Shown here: positions 1 to 10,604 of the stretch, in pieces
Position numbering within the stretch: position 1 is the stretch's first letter
Layout of the letters: each line of letters opens with the position of its first letter
From: a virus
Strand: one strand, 5' to 3'
DNA: 64,000 bases
IMG/VR virus record: IMGVR_UViG_3300020452_000548
Location: 16,545 to 80,544 of that record
Notes under the pieces: model-generated
The model's input: the letters and a program-made list of their open reading frames with translations, nothing else
What the model was told of the DNA's origin: nothing
Databases searched by the model: none
Program-made: the position numbers and the translations under genes

Positions 1-1
1 T

Positions 2-3000
2 GCACCAGACGCATTAGATACTCTAAACGAGCTTGCAGCCGCTTTGAATGATGATGCGTCATTCTCAACAACAGTTACAACCAGTATAGGTACTAAGCTT
101 GCTAAATCAAGCAACCTTTCTGATTTGGTCAATGCTGGAACGGCACGGACTAATTTGGGATTAGGCACGGCTGCGGTAAAGGCAGTAGCTACAGATGGTT
201 CATCGGGCGTTGCAGACGGAGAAGCAGGTTTAGTTACAGGTAATGCAGTATATGATTACATAGATGCTCAAGGTTTTGGTTCGGGTGCGGGAGATATTAC
301 TGCTGTCGTAGCTGGAACAGGGCTATCGGGCGGGGCAACATCTGGATCGGCTACGCTTAATGTAAGTGGATTAACCGTGTCCGAGTTTGCTGCTAATAGC
401 ATCCAGCTCAGCTCAGAATCTTTTGCAGACAATGACACTTCTGTAATGACTTCCGCTGCAATTGCAGATAAGATTGAATCATACGGATATTCTACTACTA
501 CGGGAGATATTACAGGAGTTACAGCCGGGACAGGATTATCCGGTGGAGGCAGTAGTGGTTCTGTAACATTGAATGTAAGTGGGATAACAGTATCTGAATT
601 AGCAGGTGCATCTCTAACTACATCGTCAGAATCGTTTGCAGACAATGATACAACTCTAATGACTTCTGCCGCAATTAACGATAGAATAGAATCATTTGGT
701 TATACTACAAATGCGGGTGATATTACTGGTGTGACCGCTGGAACAGGATTATCGGGTGGAGGGTCAAGTGGTAGTGTTACGCTTAATGTTGATTTGAAAG
801 ATGAAGATGACATGGCTTCAGACTCCGCAACACACGCAGCTTCTCAGCAATCAATCAAAGCGTATGTGGATGCAGAAGTATCTGGATTAGTCGCTTCAGC
901 CCCCGGTGCATTAGATACCTTGAATGAATTAGCTGCCGCTATCAATGACGATGCAAGCTTCTCATCCACTATTACTACCAGTATTGGTACTAAACTCGCA
1001 AAATCAAGTAATCTATCGGATCTAGCCAATGCAGGTACGGCTCGAACAAACTTAGGATTAGGCACAGGTGCGGTTTTAGATACTGCTGCGATAGCCGATG
1101 GGGGTTCGGGGTTAGCTACAGCAGATCAGATACATACATTTGTTACTGATTTCGGTTACACTACGAATACAGGAGATATTACTGCGGTAGTAGCAGGGAC
1201 AGGACTTTCTGGTGGAGCTACGAGTGGGTCTGCAACCCTCAATGTTAGTGGGCTAACAGTATCTGAGTTCGCTGCTAACAGTATTCAACTCAGTTCTGAG
1301 TCCTTTGCTGATAATGATACTTCTGTAATGACAAGTGCCGCAATTCAAGATAAGATAGAGGCATACGGATACACAACCAACACAGGCGACATAACTGCTG
1401 TTGTAGCGGGAACGGGCTTATCGGGCGGGGCTACGAGTGGGTCTGCGACTCTCAATGTTAGTGGCCTTACTGTGTCTGAATTGGCTGCAAATAGCTTACA
1501 ACTCAGTTCTGAGTCTTTCTCAGATGACGATACGAGCTTGATGACCTCAGCTGCAATTCAAGATAAGATAGAAGCATACGGTTATACTACGAATACAGGA
1601 GATATTACGGGTGTTGATTTAACCGTCACATCTCCGATTACAATTTCAAGTGAAACAAACACAACATCTGGTTCATACTCGGCAACACTTGGTTTAGATG
1701 ACCCTGCTAATCTATCTGAGCTTAATGAAAGCACGGATGCTACTGACGATAAGATTCTGCTTTGGGATGAGTCTGCCGGATCTTGGAAATACATGACGCT
1801 TGATAACCTACAAGATTCCATTGACACTACTGCATCGGGAGGGATTGGGGGTAGCATCGCTAATACTCAGGTAGCGTTTGGAAGCGGAACGAACATTACA
1901 GGGTCATCCACTTTCTTCTATACTGATGCGACTAACACGCTCAATATAGCCAATGGTGCGGCAGCGGGAACGCTCACATCGGGTTCTCATAACTTGATAT
2001 TGAGGAATAGTGCGGCAACAGGACACTCGAAAATCACAATTGCGTATGATAGTGTCGCAGCAGCTAATTCTCATATTGAATTAGAAACTGATGGTACGGG
2101 GAATGTTGAGATACATAAGGAGGGTGCGGTTGTTTTCAAACTACCTAACACAATAGGTTCTTCTGGTCAGATATTGAAAGTTCCATCAAGCGGTACTATC
2201 TTAGAATGGGGAGATTCGGGAACGACTTACTCAGCAGGTACTAACATCTCATTGAGTGGTACTACTTTCAATGTGGATGATGCTTTCTTAGTCAATAACG
2301 CTAACGATACAACATCAGGTGTAATTACTGCGGGCGGATTTACTACCGCAGGTTCGGTAACAATAGGCGGTCATGCGTTTGATGATATTGATATTGGTTC
2401 TGAGTTTGTTGATACTGATGACCATATTATGTCATCTGGTGCAATTAAGGAGAAAATTGAGAGCTATGGATATACGACTAACACAGGAGATATTACATCA
2501 GTAGTAGCCGGAACAAATCTTTCGGGTGGAGCTACAAGTGGTGCAGCTACTCTCAATGTAAGTGCAGATCCGTCATTCAGCACCGTTACAGTAGAAACAG
2601 AAATTATTCACGATGGGGATACAAATACAAAAATTGGATTTACTCCTGATGTGATAACACTTGGTACAGGTGGCTCAACCAAACTCACAGCAAACAATTC
2701 GGGTATTAAGATAGGAAGCGGTGCTACTGTTACTACAATCGCCACCAGTTTTACAGATAACGACACATCTTTGATGACTTCTGCCGCTATTGCAGATAAA
2801 ATAGAATCATACGGATATGGAACAGGCGGGGGCGACATTACAGCAGTAGTAGCTGGAACAGGTCTGAGTGGCGGTGCAACAAGTGGTTCTGCAACTCTCA
2901 ATGTAAGTGGTCTTACTGTTTCAGAATTAGCAGCAGGTAGTATTCAGTTAAGTTCCGAGTCATTTTCTGATGACGACACTTCTTTGATGACTTCTGCTGC

Positions 3001-5050
3001 TATTGCCGATAAGATTGAGGCTTATGGATATACTACCAACACAGGCGACATAACTGGGGTTACTGCGGGTACAGGTCTATCTGGTGGCGGTTCAAGTGGC
3101 GGTGTCACGCTCAATATTGATTTGAAAGATGAAGATGATATGACTTCAAACTCAGCGACTCACGCTGCATCCCAACAGTCAATCAAGACCTATGTTGATA
3201 CTTCTGTATCTAACTTGGTCGCTTCTGCCCCTGCTGCGTTAGACACGCTAAACGAATTGGCGGCAGCGATTAACGATGATGCTTCCTTCTCATCCACTAT
3301 TACTACAAGCATCGGCACTAAGCTCGCTAAATCGAGCAACTTATCTGACTTAGCTAATGCCGGAACAGCAAGAACCAACTTAGGGTTAGGAACGGGTGCG
3401 GTCTTAGATACCGCTACAATTGCTGATGGTGGAAGTGGTTTAGCCACCGCCGATCAGATACATACTTTCGTCACGGACTTTGGCTATACGACCAATACAG
3501 GCGACATTACAGCAGTAGTAGCTGGAACGGGATTGAGTGGCGGAGCTACCAGTGGATCTGCTACGCTTAATGTGAGTGGATTGACTGTATCTGAGTTTGC
3601 AGCCAACTCAATTCAATTATCATCAGAATCCTTCGCCAATAACGATACATCAATAATGACCTCAGCTGCTATTGAAGATAAGATTCTATCATACAGCTAC
3701 ACTACCAATACAGGTGACATTACAGGCGTAACTGCCGGAACGGGGTTATCGGGTGGAGGGTCAAGCGGTGGCGTAACTCTCAATGTAAGCGGTTTGACTG
3801 TATCTGAGTTTGCCGCTAATAGCATACAGCTCAGTAGCGAGTCCTTTTCTAACAATGATACATCAATAATGACTTCTGCCGCTATTGAAGATAAGATTTT
3901 AGCATACGGATATACAACAAATACGGGCGATATAACTGGTGTTGATTTAACAGTAACTTCTCCTATTACAATATCAAGTGAAACAAATACTGGTTCGGGT
4001 AGTTATTCAGCTACATTAGGGTTAGATGATCCTGCAAACCTATCGGAATTAAATGAATCAACTGATGCTACCGATGATAAAATCCTGTTATGGGATGAAT
4101 CGGCTGATGCTTGGAAGTATATGACACTTGATAATTTACAAGATGCAATTGATACTAATACGACATATTCTACAATGGGTAGCGGTAACTCATACGCTGC
4201 GGGTCTAACACCTGCGGGTAATGCTACTCATGGTGGGTATTTCCTTCGAAGAGATGGAACATGGGTAGTTCCGCCCGATACCGACACTAACACGACATAT
4301 AGTGCGATGGGTAGCGGTAACTCATACGCAGCAGGGCTTGTTATTGCAGGTAGCTCTACTCACAATGATACATTCTTGAGGAAGGATGGAACATGGGCAA
4401 CGCCTACCGATACTAATACTAACACTAACCAATTAACTACATTCAATATTGGTGTAGATACAAATAGTAATTCTACAACAATTGCTCATGGAGAAACATT
4501 GACATTTACAGGTGGAACAGGAATAGAAACTGAAACAACTGCTGATGGAACAGTTACTATTACATCTACTGTTACAGATACTAACACTACCTACTCAGCT
4601 GGAACAGGTTTAGATTTGAGCAGTACTACCTTCAGCGTAGATGTATCTGACTTCATGTCTAACGGCTCTAACAATAGAGTCCTAACGGCAACAGGCGCAG
4701 ACGCTATGAACGCAGAAGCAAATATGACCTTTGATGGTTCAGCTTTGACTGTTGCCGGAACAATTCAAGGCTACAAGACCGTTATCAAGGCAGTTAGCTC
4801 TAACACATCATTAGTAGATGCTGATTCGGGCAAGACCATTTATTGGACTGGTGGGACACTTACATTACCCGCTAATGCCGAAGCAGGTCAGCAGTTCGTT
4901 ATCATCAACAATACAAATGGTGCAGCAACACCAAGCTTAGGTTCAGGCAACGCAATCGCAACAAACTGGACAGCTCACGCTGCTATGGCCGATGAAACCG
5001 CAAGAACCTACATTAGCCCTGTAGCTGATAAGTGGATATACATCGGGTGA
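2..5050 (+). CDS. Long repetitive tail fibre protein, 5'-truncated by the window edge
   Basis: The frame is open from base 2 (APDALDTLNELAAALNDDA), so the TTG at 44 is not the real start. It has 12 GDIT-anchored units with a basic 71-aa period and three copies of the phage-fibre motif ALDTLNELAAA...SNLSDL..A.TARTNLGLG; Gly/Ser/Thr rich. Confidence 0.85.
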   Translation, partial: APDALDTLNELAAALNDDASFSTTVTTSIGTKLAKSSNLSDLVNAGTARTNLGLGTAAVKAVATDGSSGVADGEAGLVTGNAVYDYIDAQGFGSGAGDITAVVAGTGLSGGATSGSATLNVSGLTVSEFAANSIQLSSESFADNDTSVMTSAAIADKIESYGYSTTTGDITGVTAGTGLSGGGSSGSVTLNVSGITVSELAGASLTTSSESFADNDTTLMTSAAINDRIESFGYTTNAGDITGVTAGTGLSGGGSSGSVTLNVDLKDEDDMASDSATHAASQQSIKAYVDAEVSGLVASAPGALDTLNELAAAINDDASFSSTITTSIGTKLAKSSNLSDLANAGTARTNLGLGTGAVLDTAAIADGGSGLATADQIHTFVTDFGYTTNTGDITAVVAGTGLSGGATSGSATLNVSGLTVSEFAANSIQLSSESFADNDTSVMTSAAIQDKIEAYGYTTNTGDITAVVAGTGLSGGATSGSATLNVSGLTVSELAANSLQLSSESFSDDDTSLMTSAAIQDKIEAYGYTTNTGDITGVDLTVTSPITISSETNTTSGSYSATLGLDDPANLSELNESTDATDDKILLWDESAGSWKYMTLDNLQDSIDTTASGGIGGSIANTQVAFGSGTNITGSSTFFYTDATNTLNIANGAAAGTLTSGSHNLILRNSAATGHSKITIAYDSVAAANSHIELETDGTGNVEIHKEGAVVFKLPNTIGSSGQILKVPSSGTILEWGDSGTTYSAGTNISLSGTTFNVDDAFLVNNANDTTSGVITAGGFTTAGSVTIGGHAFDDIDIGSEFVDTDDHIMSSGAIKEKIESYGYTTNTGDITSVVAGTNLSGGATSGAATLNVSADPSFSTVTVETEIIHDGDTNTKIGFTPDVITLGTGGSTKLTANNSGIKIGSGATVTTIATSFTDNDTSLMTSAAIADKIESYGYGTGGGDITAVVAGTGLSGGATSGSATLNVSGLTVSELAAGSIQLSSESFSDDDTSLMTSAAIADKIEAYGYTTNTGDITGVTAGTGLSGGGSSGGVTLNIDLKDEDDMTSNSATHAASQQSIKTYVDTSVSNLVASAPAALDTLNELAAAINDDASFSSTITTSIGTKLAKSSNLSDLANAGTARTNLGLGTGAVLDTATIADGGSGLATADQIHTFVTDFGYTTNTGDITAVVAGTGLSGGATSGSATLNVSGLTVSEFAANSIQLSSESFANNDTSIMTSAAIEDKILSYSYTTNTGDITGVTAGTGLSGGGSSGGVTLNVSGLTVSEFAANSIQLSSESFSNNDTSIMTSAAIEDKILAYGYTTNTGDITGVDLTVTSPITISSETNTGSGSYSATLGLDDPANLSELNESTDATDDKILLWDESADAWKYMTLDNLQDAIDTNTTYSTMGSGNSYAAGLTPAGNATHGGYFLRRDGTWVVPPDTDTNTTYSAMGSGNSYAAGLVIAGSSTHNDTFLRKDGTWATPTDTNTNTNQLTTFNIGVDTNSNSTTIAHGETLTFTGGTGIETETTADGTVTITSTVTDTNTTYSAGTGLDLSSTTFSVDVSDFMSNGSNNRVLTATGADAMNAEANMTFDGSALTVAGTIQGYKTVIKAVSSNTSLVDADSGKTIYWTGGTLTLPANAEAGQQFVIINNTNGAATPSLGSGNAIATNWTAHAAMADETARTYISPVADKWIYIG
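440..4160 (+). repeat. Internal ~1.4 kb duplication in the fibre gene (about 440-1830 and 2770-4160) built on 213-bp units
   Basis: GDIT codons at 290, 503 and 716 are 213 nt apart. The pairs 503/2831, 716/3044 and 1598/3926 are all offset by 2328 nt. Protein copies are near-identical with many synonymous differences. Confidence 0.85.
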
Positions 5051-5054
5051 TTCA

Positions 5055-7013
5055 ATGGCATACATGAAAGGTCTGATTGGCTGTATTCAACAATTTGAAT
5101 CTGCTAACGAAGCAGACCCCGATATTTGGGCTAAGACATTATCCGGCTTCAATAGTGGCAATATTGATCAGACTTACGATTTAGACGGCAAAACAACATA
5201 CGCTCATGGCGTTGGGCTAAAACCAGACGGTTCTATTTTGTTTGCGGGTTCAATGGCGGGAACATTCAATGATTATGTGATTGAATACCCCCTAAGTACC
5301 AACTTTGACCTTTCAACGGCATCCGTATCAAGCACAGCTTCAGACCACTTATCTATCGGCACTTACGAACACCTACTCGGTGGTTTTGATTTTGCAGATG
5401 ATGGTAGTAAGCTCTTCACATTTGGAAGGACTGTTGTTGATAGGTGGGATTTATCCACCGCTTATGACCTCTCAACAGGATCTCATGTAACGAACACATT
5501 ATCAGTTTCAAGTCAAACCACTACTATGTATGATGGCTATGTGAGAAATGATGGCCTAAAGCTATATGTTGTTGGCTATCAACCAGACAATGTAGATGAA
5601 TATGACTTATCAACGGCTTATGATTTAGGCACAGCGAGTCATAATCAATCATTTGACATATCGGCAAAATCAGTAGTTACATCTGGACTCCATTTTTCAA
5701 GTGATGGATATGCCTTTGTAGTGTATGATAATAGTGGTGGCGATTGTCACAAATACAATCTTACAACTGCATGGGATATATCAACAGCAGCATTTCATTC
5801 GTCATCGGGGGGTTTTGGATTAAGCACGGGTGGCGGTATTTGGTTTGATGACGATTGGAGTTATCTGTATATCATAGAAGAAACGGATGATGAAGTTAAT
5901 AGAGTCGTGTTAGCTCAAATACCCGGAGTGCCTACAAGTTTAGCAATAACCACAGCTTCAACTTCACAGCTAAACCTATCTTGGTCAGATGGTTCGGGTA
6001 GTGGAAGCACGGATTCATACACAATTGATCGCTCTCTTTCATCCGGTTCGGGATATTCGCAAATTGCGTCAGGTGTTACGGCAACATCATATAACGATAC
6101 TGGATTAAGTGCAGGGACACGGTACTATTACAGAATCAAAGCTGTAAATACTGAAGGCACCAGTGCATATTCAAGTATAGAGAACCGTTTTACATTACCT
6201 AATCAAGTTTCTGGACTGTCTGCAAGTGCGGTATCAAATACTCAAATCAATTTGTCATGGAATAACCCCACAGGCACGGAAGCCGGATACAAAATTGAAC
6301 GATCCACATCATCCGGTTCGGGATATTCTCAGATTGGGACTACAGCATCCACATCTTATAATGCAACGGGATTGACATTGAATACCACTTATTACTTTAG
6401 AGTTCGAGCATATACCGACCCCGGAGGGGATGGAGCTTATTCTTCTGTAGCTAACGCAACTACTCAGAATAATGCAAGCGCACCATCAGGGGTAAGCATA
6501 GCAACCAGCTCAAGTGGAAATTACAATAATGCGGTCAGTATTGAATTGACTACACTTGGGGCTTCCGGTCAAAATCCTATGACATCAGCACCCGCATCTG
6601 ATGGTAGTGGTTTTTCAAGTAATCAAGTGACATTAGATCTGGTTTTTGGTCAAGATTACAATCAGGCTCTATTGAATAATAGCGGTATTCTAAGATGGGC
6701 TGTGAGAGCTTATATTCGTGCATCAGGGGCTACTAGCTACGCATGGGATTTAAGCGGTGCTACTGTAAATCAAGACACCTTTAGCGCACTTGCGAGTGTC
6801 AGCACATCTGGTACGCCATCAACAGCTCAAGATTGCACGGGTACGGGCGGAATAGGCGAAACGGCTGTTGCGGAACACAATTCAGGAGGAAGAGGATATT
6901 TGTTGTTGAGTCAATCGGGCGATGGGTTTCATTTTGATGTTGATGCTACTGCTACTAATAGCTCAGGCAGTACCACAGCCACGCAACTTAAAGTGAATAT
7001 AGAGATTCCGTGA
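5055..7013 (+). CDS. Virion adhesin/tail-associated protein with beta-propeller-like repeats and two fibronectin type III domains
   Basis: Four [YW]xL[ST]TxxD[LI]xTxx repeats (e.g. YPLSTNFDLSTAS), then two FN3-type units (LSW...Y.I.RS...Y...GL...T.YY.R[IV][KR]A). Confidence 0.7.
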   Translation: MAYMKGLIGCIQQFESANEADPDIWAKTLSGFNSGNIDQTYDLDGKTTYAHGVGLKPDGSILFAGSMAGTFNDYVIEYPLSTNFDLSTASVSSTASDHLSIGTYEHLLGGFDFADDGSKLFTFGRTVVDRWDLSTAYDLSTGSHVTNTLSVSSQTTTMYDGYVRNDGLKLYVVGYQPDNVDEYDLSTAYDLGTASHNQSFDISAKSVVTSGLHFSSDGYAFVVYDNSGGDCHKYNLTTAWDISTAAFHSSSGGFGLSTGGGIWFDDDWSYLYIIEETDDEVNRVVLAQIPGVPTSLAITTASTSQLNLSWSDGSGSGSTDSYTIDRSLSSGSGYSQIASGVTATSYNDTGLSAGTRYYYRIKAVNTEGTSAYSSIENRFTLPNQVSGLSASAVSNTQINLSWNNPTGTEAGYKIERSTSSGSGYSQIGTTASTSYNATGLTLNTTYYFRVRAYTDPGGDGAYSSVANATTQNNASAPSGVSIATSSSGNYNNAVSIELTTLGASGQNPMTSAPASDGSGFSSNQVTLDLVFGQDYNQALLNNSGILRWAVRAYIRASGATSYAWDLSGATVNQDTFSALASVSTSGTPSTAQDCTGTGGIGETAVAEHNSGGRGYLLLSQSGDGFHFDVDATATNSSGSTTATQLKVNIEIP

Positions 7014-7017
7014 TAAT

Positions 7018-7629
7018 ATGAGTCGTTGGGAGGTAACAGGAATACCTGAAGGAGAATCAGGGCGATTTTCTATACAGATATTAGATTATCAAAGGGTTGA
7101 TACCGAGCCAAAAGGCCCTTTATCTTGGCAGACTTATTGTAAATATGCAGATTTGCCCGATGGAACATATACTGTTTTGTTTGAGGCTTATGGCCCTCAA
7201 AACGCTAAGCTCAATATAATGCAAGACTCACCGAGAGAATACAAAGAACATAAATGGGTTACTGAGAGAAGTGGTTCTGTTCTTATTGGCGGTTTAGGGA
7301 TAGGGATGATTAACATCCCCCTATTAGCTTCAGACGATATTACAAGCGTTACTATTGTTGAAAAAGAGCAAGATGTGATTGATTTGGTTTGGGAACATTG
7401 TTCGAAAGATGACCGATTTACATTGATTCATGCCGATATAGACACATGGGAAGCCCCAGAAGGAAGCTATTGGGATTTCGCTTGGTTTGATACTTGGCTT
7501 ACTCACGAAGAACCGATAGAAGAATACATCCAAAGAATGTTTGAGAAGTATGGAGATTTCGTAGGCGACATAAACGGTTGGAATTGGCCTTACATTCCTG
7601 TCAAGGATGATAGCATTCAAGAACCATAA
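7018..7629 (+). CDS. Class I SAM-dependent methyltransferase (spermidine-synthase-like Rossmann fold)
   Basis: VLIGGLGIG SAM-binding loop, VTIVEKEQDV, IHAD, WDFAWFDTW. Confidence 0.75.
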   Translation: MSRWEVTGIPEGESGRFSIQILDYQRVDTEPKGPLSWQTYCKYADLPDGTYTVLFEAYGPQNAKLNIMQDSPREYKEHKWVTERSGSVLIGGLGIGMINIPLLASDDITSVTIVEKEQDVIDLVWEHCSKDDRFTLIHADIDTWEAPEGSYWDFAWFDTWLTHEEPIEEYIQRMFEKYGDFVGDINGWNWPYIPVKDDSIQEP

Positions 7630-7646
7630 GCCATCCCCCTGCACTA

Positions 7647-7922
7647 ATGGCGAAGAAAGGCAAGTCTGAAAAGGTCGAAGAAACAGTAGAACCGCAAGAG
7701 CGTGTTATATCAGGAGAAGAGCTTTTGAATATGCTCAAGCGATCTGAAGTTATTTCTGCCGATAGATTAGTTTTCGTTAGAGCTTTAGAGAGATTCTATG
7801 CAGCCGTTGATGGTGCAAGAACGCAATTATTGAACGATATTAGCGAGATTCAGAATGCAATCCGCATTAGAGATGAGGGCGTTATACCGGAAAATCAAGA
7901 ACCAGACGCTGAAGAAGAATGA
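7647..7922 (+). CDS. Small acidic coiled-coil hypothetical protein (possible fibre chaperone)
   Basis: Clean ATG ORF between structural genes; helical composition. Confidence 0.6.
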   Translation: MAKKGKSEKVEETVEPQERVISGEELLNMLKRSEVISADRLVFVRALERFYAAVDGARTQLLNDISEIQNAIRIRDEGVIPENQEPDAEEE

Positions 7923-7936
7923 TTTTTAGCAACTGC

Positions 7937-7953
7937 TTAAGAACGATTGTCCT
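7937..7953 (+). promoter_or_regulatory. Putative late promoter TTAAGAACGATTGTCCT
   Basis: Identical 17-mer at 63701-63717. Both copies are intergenic and begin 30-37 nt upstream of an ATG, consistent with archaeal TATA-box spacing. Confidence 0.65.
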
Positions 7954-7973
7954 TCGTAGTCTATTTGATAGCC

Positions 7974-10175
7974 ATGGCGAACACGCTTTACAAAGGTGAC
8001 TTAGCGGAAGTATCATTCGGCAAGGAAACCGGACTTAGAATTGATGGAAAAACATCTCAAGCCAATTGGGTTCATACTTCGGTATCTGGAAATACCAGTC
8101 TTTTGACATTGGGTGCTGACGAATACTGGACAGCAACAGGCCCTGATTTGAAACTGCCCGATAACATACTTGTTGGTTGCACAATGAGGATTGAAGGCGG
8201 GGGTGCTTATTCCGCAGATGACTTTGCTACCACTAAGAGAACATATTACATTACTGCAAATGATACTGGAGCAGGTACGATTACCGTTCAACCTGCTTTA
8301 TTGACTACTGCCGCAACAGCGACTACAGATGACGATAACTTGGTAATTGATTTCTATCGGTGTCCTACCTTTGAATCAACTATGACTACAACTAATCAGC
8401 AGGTAAAGACGGATCAGTTCATTGGCTTGTTGAATGAGTTCGCAATACCCGAACCAGAAATTGATGTTAGACAACAGCACATTGTAGGTCTTGGAAGAGA
8501 TGTAAATATCCTAACAAGCGGGAGAGAAACCCTATCGGGCGGTTCTATGCAACTAAATGCACATACTCTAAGGTGGATGAAATACGCATTGGGCGGTCAT
8601 TCGGCCAAGAGTCAAGGTGAGTTCGCATACAGCTCGGCAGCAGGGACAGCGATAGGTGGCTTCCCTCTAAATATCAAAACGGGTTCAGTTTCCGCTACTT
8701 TTGCAGCTCAAGGATATGGCGTTTCAGACGACACAGACACTTCAATCACCGCAACAAATAGCTCGGCTCTTACTATGACAGGAAATAGCCTAACGGGTAA
8801 TTTCCTATTGGGTGGAATGGTTACGGCAGACACAGGCACGGACATTACATTTGATACTGCAATCGCAACCACATTCGAAAACGCCCTTACAACGGGTGGA
8901 ATCTTCAAGGTTCTCTCAGCTACGGGTGCTGTCCTCTATGGATCCTACGGTTCAGCTTCTGGGGCGGTTTTGAGTAGCTGTGCAGATATAGATTCTGGAG
9001 CTTTAGCGAGGGCGCAGACTGAAGATAAAGCGGTTTATCTGTTAGGTAGTGTTACTGCTAACATATCTGCGGGCGATATTAGAATCAAAGTCGGTTCGGC
9101 TAATGCTGCTAAGTTCACAGCTGGAACAAGTTATGTGCAAATCATAGACAAAGACAAGCACACCATACCGGGGCAAGATGCAGCTGAAACAGATCGTCAG
9201 ATATTCAAGAATGAGCTTAGAAGAGTTATAGCAATAGGCACATCTAACGGTAATGATGCCGATTATATTTATGTGGAAGAACCACTAACATTTGACCACA
9301 CATCTACATCATGTGGCGTTGAGAGGCTACAATACACCGGAACGAGCAATCAAAGAGGAAGCCCACACATAGATGCAACATCAAAAGAGCTACAATTCGG
9401 TGTGACTCATACTTTGTTCGGACACAATGTATTGCCTTCATTCACGGTTGAGCAATCCTTTAGGCAGAAAGACGCAGATGTGGATTCAAAGCAATTGCTT
9501 CGTCTGTATAGCGGGTGCAAGGCTACTGAAGCTACCATTGATGCTGATTCTGAGGGCGAAGTCAAACTAAACCTAAGTTATGAAGCTGCAAGGCACTACA
9601 CCGCTACAACAAACACGATGAAGCCTCACAGGATGTTTGACAATACTGCTGAATCTGCGGTAAATAGAAAAATATCTGGTATTGCAGTAGATGGTGAGAA
9701 ACCATATCTGTTCCAAGATGTGAATGTTGAAGTGTTCGGCAGACCAGTCCTTAGAGGAACACAGTTCAGCCTATCTGTAACTAATAATTTGGAATCACGA
9801 TGGTTTATTCGAGGATATGAAGGCACTACCGTTGATAACGATCAGATTCAACACGGTGCAACACAACTTCCACTTGAGATTACTGAGGGCAAGAGAGAAT
9901 ACAGCTTCTCTATGCAGGTAATGGTTGAGGATGAGAGGCTTTGGGATGAATTGAGAACCAGAAAACATCACAAAAACACCAATGACATTACAATCACTAT
10001 GACTAAGGTTGGAAGTAATGCAACAAGAGAAACTGCGACCATTACTTTAGAGGACTATACGATTACTAAATCGGAACACCAAGTTCCGTCTGATAAATCT
10101 CCCGTCATGGCTGATGTGGAGATAGTCGTAAGGCACATGAAGGTGTCTGAAAACTCGCCATACTTCATACTATGA
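7974..10175 (+). CDS. Major tail (tube) protein with inserted decorating domains
   Basis: Lies directly upstream of the chaperone/tape-measure genes. Tube-like motifs (VSFGKET, LPSFTVEQ, YSGCK, FSLSVTNNL, EITEGKREY). Likely start is the ATG at 7974 (MANTLYKG). Confidence 0.75.
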   Translation: MANTLYKGDLAEVSFGKETGLRIDGKTSQANWVHTSVSGNTSLLTLGADEYWTATGPDLKLPDNILVGCTMRIEGGGAYSADDFATTKRTYYITANDTGAGTITVQPALLTTAATATTDDDNLVIDFYRCPTFESTMTTTNQQVKTDQFIGLLNEFAIPEPEIDVRQQHIVGLGRDVNILTSGRETLSGGSMQLNAHTLRWMKYALGGHSAKSQGEFAYSSAAGTAIGGFPLNIKTGSVSATFAAQGYGVSDDTDTSITATNSSALTMTGNSLTGNFLLGGMVTADTGTDITFDTAIATTFENALTTGGIFKVLSATGAVLYGSYGSASGAVLSSCADIDSGALARAQTEDKAVYLLGSVTANISAGDIRIKVGSANAAKFTAGTSYVQIIDKDKHTIPGQDAAETDRQIFKNELRRVIAIGTSNGNDADYIYVEEPLTFDHTSTSCGVERLQYTGTSNQRGSPHIDATSKELQFGVTHTLFGHNVLPSFTVEQSFRQKDADVDSKQLLRLYSGCKATEATIDADSEGEVKLNLSYEAARHYTATTNTMKPHRMFDNTAESAVNRKISGIAVDGEKPYLFQDVNVEVFGRPVLRGTQFSLSVTNNLESRWFIRGYEGTTVDNDQIQHGATQLPLEITEGKREYSFSMQVMVEDERLWDELRTRKHHKNTNDITITMTKVGSNATRETATITLEDYTITKSEHQVPSDKSPVMADVEIVVRHMKVSENSPYFIL

Positions 10176-10214
10176 TGAAAACTGTTATGAAAGAGAGAAA
10201 GATGAGATGATACA

Positions 10215-10604
10215 ATGAGGATACATGGAACAGTAATTGTCGGTGGTTCAAGCCACCTTGTTGATTGGACTATTGATGAAACGGGAACAATAACATCTGC
10301 GGGTGGTTTAAGCTCAGCAGGGCTATCTTGGACTGGTTCTTTGTTTATCCCTGTTGAGGTTGAAGCGGAAGCGGTTGTGACTGATAATTACGAAAGTTTG
10401 ACGGTAGTAGATTTGAGAGTTCTCTTAACAGAAAGGGGAGAGCCAATTTATGGTAACAAGAGCGATTTAATTACTCGACTTAGGGCTTGGGAAGCATCCA
10501 ACCCCGATGGTGTTGGGGTTGTAGTGGAAGAAGCTGTGGAGGATTCGGGGGAGTCTGATGAAATAGCGGTTGATGGCGAGTCAGAAGGTGATACGATTGA
10601 GTAG
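10215..10604 (+). CDS. SAP/HeH-domain protein
   Basis: YESLTVVDLRVLLTERGEPIYGNKSDLITRL matches the SAP motif pattern; acidic tail. Confidence 0.7.
   Translation: MRIHGTVIVGGSSHLVDWTIDETGTITSAGGLSSAGLSWTGSLFIPVEVEAEAVVTDNYESLTVVDLRVLLTERGEPIYGNKSDLITRLRAWEASNPDGVGVVVEEAVEDSGESDEIAVDGESEGDTIE

Noticed and set aside
268-3447. Antisense ORFs inside the fibre gene, and similar shadow ORFs across the window
   Set aside because: They mirror the codon pattern of the real gene and have no motifs or ribosome-binding sites.
2-7013. Diversity-generating retroelement acting on fibre repeats
   Set aside because: No reverse transcriptase in the window, and repeat differences are synonymous rather than adenine-specific.
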